Below, one piece after another: positions 33,944-37,199 of a stretch of DNA of 37,199 bases (positions are counted from its first letter, which is position 1; the number at the start of each line of letters is the position of its first letter). This stretch comes from a virus. Lineage: Duplodnaviria > Caudoviricetes. The notes under the pieces are model-generated. The model made no database searches. It was not told the DNA's origin and saw only the letters and a program-made list of their open reading frames with translations. Location of the stretch: IMG/VR virus record IMGVR_UViG_3300016659_000112, positions 1 to 37,199 of that record; one strand, 5' to 3'. The position numbers and the translations under genes are program-made.

Positions 33944-34383
33944 GCAAGACATTGGTTGAGTTCCAGGATCACCACCAGGACTTCCTTGTGTGGACTGTAG
34001 ATGAGGCGGGAATCGTTACAGAAAGTTGGCCCTACCAGACCGATGTTTGGGGCGGACTGAAGATAGTGAACCTGGCAAACCTCAAGGTCGGCGGCGTCGT
34101 TGAGTATTTGTGGGAAGGTCGTAGCGGTAGCGTGAAGTACCCGGTGCATTCGATTCAATCGTTGGTGCCTGTTGACGTTTCGGTACGCATGAACGGTGAC
34201 GGTTATTGCACCAGCACCGTACGCGGCAAGCGTGTCTCTTGCACACACGACTACGAGTACCCAGTGAAGCGCTTGGCTGAGAAGCTGTTCCTTGGGCGAC
34301 TGTCTAGCGTTGAGCGCTTGCCATGTACCGCAGTTGGACGCCTGCACAGTAAATGGCGCATCACCCCACTGGAGAACGTGTGA
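33940..34383 (+). CDS. Hypothetical early protein
   Basis: GGAGG RBS before ATG 33940; VEFQDHHQDFLVW..PYQTDVWGG N-terminal domain. Confidence 0.72.
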   Translation: MSKTLVEFQDHHQDFLVWTVDEAGIVTESWPYQTDVWGGLKIVNLANLKVGGVVEYLWEGRSGSVKYPVHSIQSLVPVDVSVRMNGDGYCTSTVRGKRVSCTHDYEYPVKRLAEKLFLGRLSSVERLPCTAVGRLHSKWRITPLENV

Positions 34384-34384
34384 C

Positions 34385-35074
34385 ATGGATAACAACCGTA
34401 CGCTGGAAAAGATCAAAAAATGCTTGGAGATGGCCAAGTCCAAAACCAGCAACCCGCACGAAGCTGAAATTGCATTACGCCAAGCCCACAAGCTGATGGA
34501 AATGTACAACCTAGAGATAGGGGATGTTCTCGCTAGCATGGCGAGCGAACACACGATTCTTGCCGGCTCTGAAGGTTCTCCCCCCGTTTGGCGTGTGCGA
34601 CTGGCACAAGTCTGTGCAGATGCCTTCGGTACCAGGTTCATCATTTCCAACCCTCGGTGGAGTGCCGCTCGCTTCATTTTTGTTGGCTGTTCAGCTGCAC
34701 CTGAACTGGCCGGTTACGCGTACCAAGTACTCGGGCGTCAGCTGCAGAAAGCTCGCCGTGACTTTCTGGACACTCAGAAGCGTTGCAAGCGGTCGACCAA
34801 AGTCGCCCGAGGTGACGCGTTCGCCAACGGTTGGTTGGATGCTGTGCACAGTAAGATCCAAGCTTTCGCGGGAGTTGAGGACAATATCGCGGAAGCAATC
34901 GAGGCCTTTATGCAGAAACATCACCCGGAGTTGGAGAGCGTCGAACTCAAGCGCCGGAAGGTTAAAGCACGCAACGAATGTGCCAGTGATGCTGGCTATG
35001 AGGCTGGCAAGTCGGCTCAACTGCACCAGGCGGTGAATCACCAGCCTCGTGCACGCTTGACCATGGGGCTTTGA
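34385..35074 (+). CDS. DUF2786-domain protein
   Basis: LEKIKKCLEMAKS..NPHEAEIALRQAHKLMEMYNL..FANGW..GYEAG. Confidence 0.85.
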   Translation: MDNNRTLEKIKKCLEMAKSKTSNPHEAEIALRQAHKLMEMYNLEIGDVLASMASEHTILAGSEGSPPVWRVRLAQVCADAFGTRFIISNPRWSAARFIFVGCSAAPELAGYAYQVLGRQLQKARRDFLDTQKRCKRSTKVARGDAFANGWLDAVHSKIQAFAGVEDNIAEAIEAFMQKHHPELESVELKRRKVKARNECASDAGYEAGKSAQLHQAVNHQPRARLTMGL

Positions 35075-35075
35075 A

Positions 35076-35261
35076 ATGAACGCGACCAGCACAGGGAAAC
35101 TTTCAGCCGGTGTACTGGAGTTTCTGGCGATCTGCGATCAGTGCCAGCGCCCCCGCAACACGGGCAACCACACTAAATGCAGCAAGACTCGCCAACAGAT
35201 TCATGCTGCCCGAAACCAGCAGAGCAACAGCGCACGTTCGATACAAGGAGGTGACCAGTGA
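35076..35261 (+). CDS. Small putative zinc-finger protein
   Basis: CDQC..R..GNHTKCSK.RQ (CxxC-H-C) in a 61-aa ORF. Confidence 0.7.
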   Translation: MNATSTGKLSAGVLEFLAICDQCQRPRNTGNHTKCSKTRQQIHAARNQQSNSARSIQGGDQ

Positions 35262-35698
35262 AAGCCGCGCCTTCCAACCCGAACCGCCTGCGCTTGATCA
35301 AGCTGATCCATGTCGCCCGACGTGAGCTACGCATGGAAGATGACACCTATCGCCTGATGCTGGCTGGCATGAAGGGTTTGGACGGCGCAACGTCCACCGC
35401 TGACTTGAGTGTTCCAAACCTGCTCAGGGTTTTGGAACAGCTCAAGCTAAAGGGTTTCAAAGTTCGTCCACACAAAGAGCAGAAGCGACCGATGGCCGAC
35501 GACATTCAATCGAAGAAGATCCGATCACTGTGGTTGGAGCTGCACGGCCTGGGCGCGGTGCGTGATCCATCTGAAGCCGCGCTGGCCAAGTTTGTAAAAA
35601 GCATGACCCGAGTCTCAGCACTGCAATGGCTAAGTACTGCCCAGGCAAGCCGAGTCATTGAGAATCTGAAACAATGGATGGGGAGAGTCCAATCATGA
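35258..35698 (+). CDS. gemA: Mu GemA/gp16-family protein
   Basis: LIKLIHVARRELRMEDDTYR..KKIRSLW..ASRVIENLKQW. Confidence 0.9.
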   Translation: MKAAPSNPNRLRLIKLIHVARRELRMEDDTYRLMLAGMKGLDGATSTADLSVPNLLRVLEQLKLKGFKVRPHKEQKRPMADDIQSKKIRSLWLELHGLGAVRDPSEAALAKFVKSMTRVSALQWLSTAQASRVIENLKQWMGRVQS

Positions 35699-36063
35699 GC
35701 ACAATTCGAGGAACTGACCTTTTAAGCGAAACCATCGAACCGATGGCCAAAGTGATTCAAGAAAGCTTGGGAGTGAGCACTGAGCTGGCTGAAGCAACGA
35801 GCGTAGAAATCACCACGCTGTTTGCTCACCTCTGGGGTGGTCAGGTTGTCTACGTTCCCAAGGGTGTCAGTATTCAAGCGTCGAGGCTTCACCAAAAGAT
35901 CTTCGAGGACTGGACTGGTCGCAATCACCACGAGGTTGCGACCAAGCATGGTGTTTCTGTTCAGTTGGTTTACAAGGTGGTCAAGCGTATGCGACTGGCA
36001 ATCATCGCTCGCAACCAGCGGGACCTGTTCGAACCTCCTGAAGACTCATCGGACAATGAGTAA
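35695..36063 (+). CDS. mor: Mor/C-family transcription activator
   Basis: WGGQVVYVPKG..IFEDWTGRNHHEVATKHGVSVQLVYKVVKR..QRDLF. Confidence 0.9.
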   Translation: MSTIRGTDLLSETIEPMAKVIQESLGVSTELAEATSVEITTLFAHLWGGQVVYVPKGVSIQASRLHQKIFEDWTGRNHHEVATKHGVSVQLVYKVVKRMRLAIIARNQRDLFEPPEDSSDNE

Positions 36064-36101
36064 GAGGCAGGACAAAGGAGCTTCGTCGGAGGTATGCTAA
36101 C

Positions 36102-36134
36102 CCCCGGTCAGCGACGATAGACCGGGGTGCTTTC
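36102..36134 (+). terminator. Possible terminator ending the early operon
   Basis: CCCCGGTC-N10-GACCGGGG followed by TGCTTTC; weak U tract. Confidence 0.5.
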
Positions 36135-36184
36135 AAATTGCACTGGCTGCAACTCTATTTCAGAACTCCGCTCACAATGGACCA

Positions 36185-36248
36185 CTATGTCCCGGAGTAT
36201 CTCGGATTTACCTCACACTCCCCCTAGTATTTATCCCAGTCCTAAACA
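36185..36248 (-). repeat. Early-proximal prophage end with tandem putative transposase-binding sites
   Basis: ATTTATCCCAG (36229), ATTTACCTCAC (36206), GAGTATCTCGG (36195) and CTATGTCCCGG (36185); terminal CA at 36247-36248. Confidence 0.75.
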
Positions 36249-37199
36249 AGCGTATCCCCGGAACAAACGCCACACTCCCTCCCTCACGCGCCCTGAACAA
36301 CCGCTCCCCATTATCCGGCTGGGTCGTCACCACCTGATGATCCACCCCCAGAAACGCCAACGGCGTCGGCTCGTCCTTGGAATACTGCGTGACGATAATC
36401 GTGCGTTGCGGATCAAACCCCTGGCCGCTGGTTTTGTCCAACCAGGCCATGAACGCGACGCTGTTGCCCTGGCGCGGGAAGTCCTGGCTTTCGCTGACGT
36501 AGTAGAAAGGTTTACCGTGGTTTTGCAGGTACATGGGCAGCTTGTTGTCGACCTCTACCAGCACCAGTTGCCATTGGTTCCAGGGCGCGCTTTTCTCCGC
36601 CTGGGCTTGCAGGTCGGCGGCGAAGCGGGTAACGCCGCCGTTGCCATTTGTCCAAGGGTAGATCACGCCCAGCACCAGCAAGAGCAGGCCTGCGCTGAGG
36701 CCAAAGCCTGTTTGCCAGCGCGGCCAGCTCATCGGTTTTTTGCGCAGGCGTTCACTCAGCCACCAGGCGGCGAGCAGTTGGGCAAAGGGTACCAGCGGCA
36801 ACACGTAGTAGCTGCGGCGGCTGCCGCTGGCGGTGAAGAATACAAACAACAGGCCCAGGCCCCACACTAGCCAGCGTACGTTGGGCGGCGCCTTGCGCCA
36901 GTTGCGCACGGCCAGCCACAGGCCAAGTAACCAGCAGGGTGCCCAGGGCAGGGTGTAGACCGGCAAGTAGATCAGGTAGGTGTAGATCGGCCCCATATGG
37001 TCGAAGGGGTCGAAGAAGCGCACCACGTTTTCCCGGAACACCAGCTCCAGGCCGCTCTCGCCGTAAGTGGGGGCGCCGTAGCGGTGGGACAGTACAAAGG
37101 GAATCGCATACACCACGCCGGCGATGAGCAGGGCCAGCACCAGGCGCAGGTTGAGGTGGCGTTTGTAGCGGTGTTCGCTGAGCAAGTGTGGCAACAGCA
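36208..37199 (-). CDS. Host ArnT/GT39-family membrane glycosyltransferase (5' part outside the window; last 13 aa encoded by the prophage end)
   Basis: Multiple TM helices; ENVVRFFDPFDH and FFTASGSRRSYYVLPLVPF motifs; higher GC than the phage. Confidence 0.85.
   Translation of the reverse strand, partial: LLPHLLSEHRYKRHLNLRLVLALLIAGVVYAIPFVLSHRYGAPTYGESGLELVFRENVVRFFDPFDHMGPIYTYLIYLPVYTLPWAPCWLLGLWLAVRNWRKAPPNVRWLVWGLGLLFVFFTASGSRRSYYVLPLVPFAQLLAAWWLSERLRKKPMSWPRWQTGFGLSAGLLLLVLGVIYPWTNGNGGVTRFAADLQAQAEKSAPWNQWQLVLVEVDNKLPMYLQNHGKPFYYVSESQDFPRQGNSVAFMAWLDKTSGQGFDPQRTIIVTQYSKDEPTPLAFLGVDHQVVTTQPDNGERLFRAREGGSVAFVPGIRLFRTGINTRGSVR
36249..36254. repeat. Target-site duplication, right copy (AGCGTA)
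   Basis: Identical to 313-318; directly follows the terminal CA. Confidence 0.9.

Larger units (their letters stand above)
319..36248. mobile_element. Complete transposable (Mu-like, B3/BcepMu-type organisation) prophage with contractile tail
   Basis: TG...CA termini, 6-bp direct repeat of flanking DNA, DDE transposase plus AAA ATPase, GemA, Mor, Mu-like portal/gpF/gpG/protease genes and P2-like tail genes. Removing it restores a host stop codon. Confidence 0.95.

Noticed and set aside
36127-36870. 247-aa + strand ORF
   Set aside because: Crosses the prophage end and is antisense to the host glycosyltransferase; shadow ORF.

Overview
The window holds an apparently complete 35.9-kb transposable (Mu-like) prophage at 319-36248. 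The host is probably a Pseudomonas, inferred from the flanking genes and GC content. The prophage has TG...CA ends, repeated 11-bp end motifs and a 6-bp target duplication (AGCGTA). Its layout is the B3/BcepMu type. A central repressor / Ner-like switch drives a rightward early operon (DDE transposase, AAA ATPase, GemA, Mor-family activator). The leftward late region encodes lysis, a Mu-like head and a P2-like contractile tail. The phage inserted inside the stop codon of a host ArnT/GT39-family glycosyltransferase, which gains 13 phage-encoded residues. The left flank is a collapsed relic of a lipopeptide NRPS gene. Notable unexplained structure: (i) four copies of a 20-bp dyad, each exactly 20 nt upstream of an xAxxxT hexamer, heading the four late blocks and bordering every accessory slot; (ii) a counter-oriented HNH-nuclease cargo gene inside the baseplate operon; (iii) a second counter-oriented cargo gene in the tail operon; (iv) three unknown genes, two of them membrane proteins, behind the repressor. 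Product calls come from my recognition of motifs and synteny; no database search was run.
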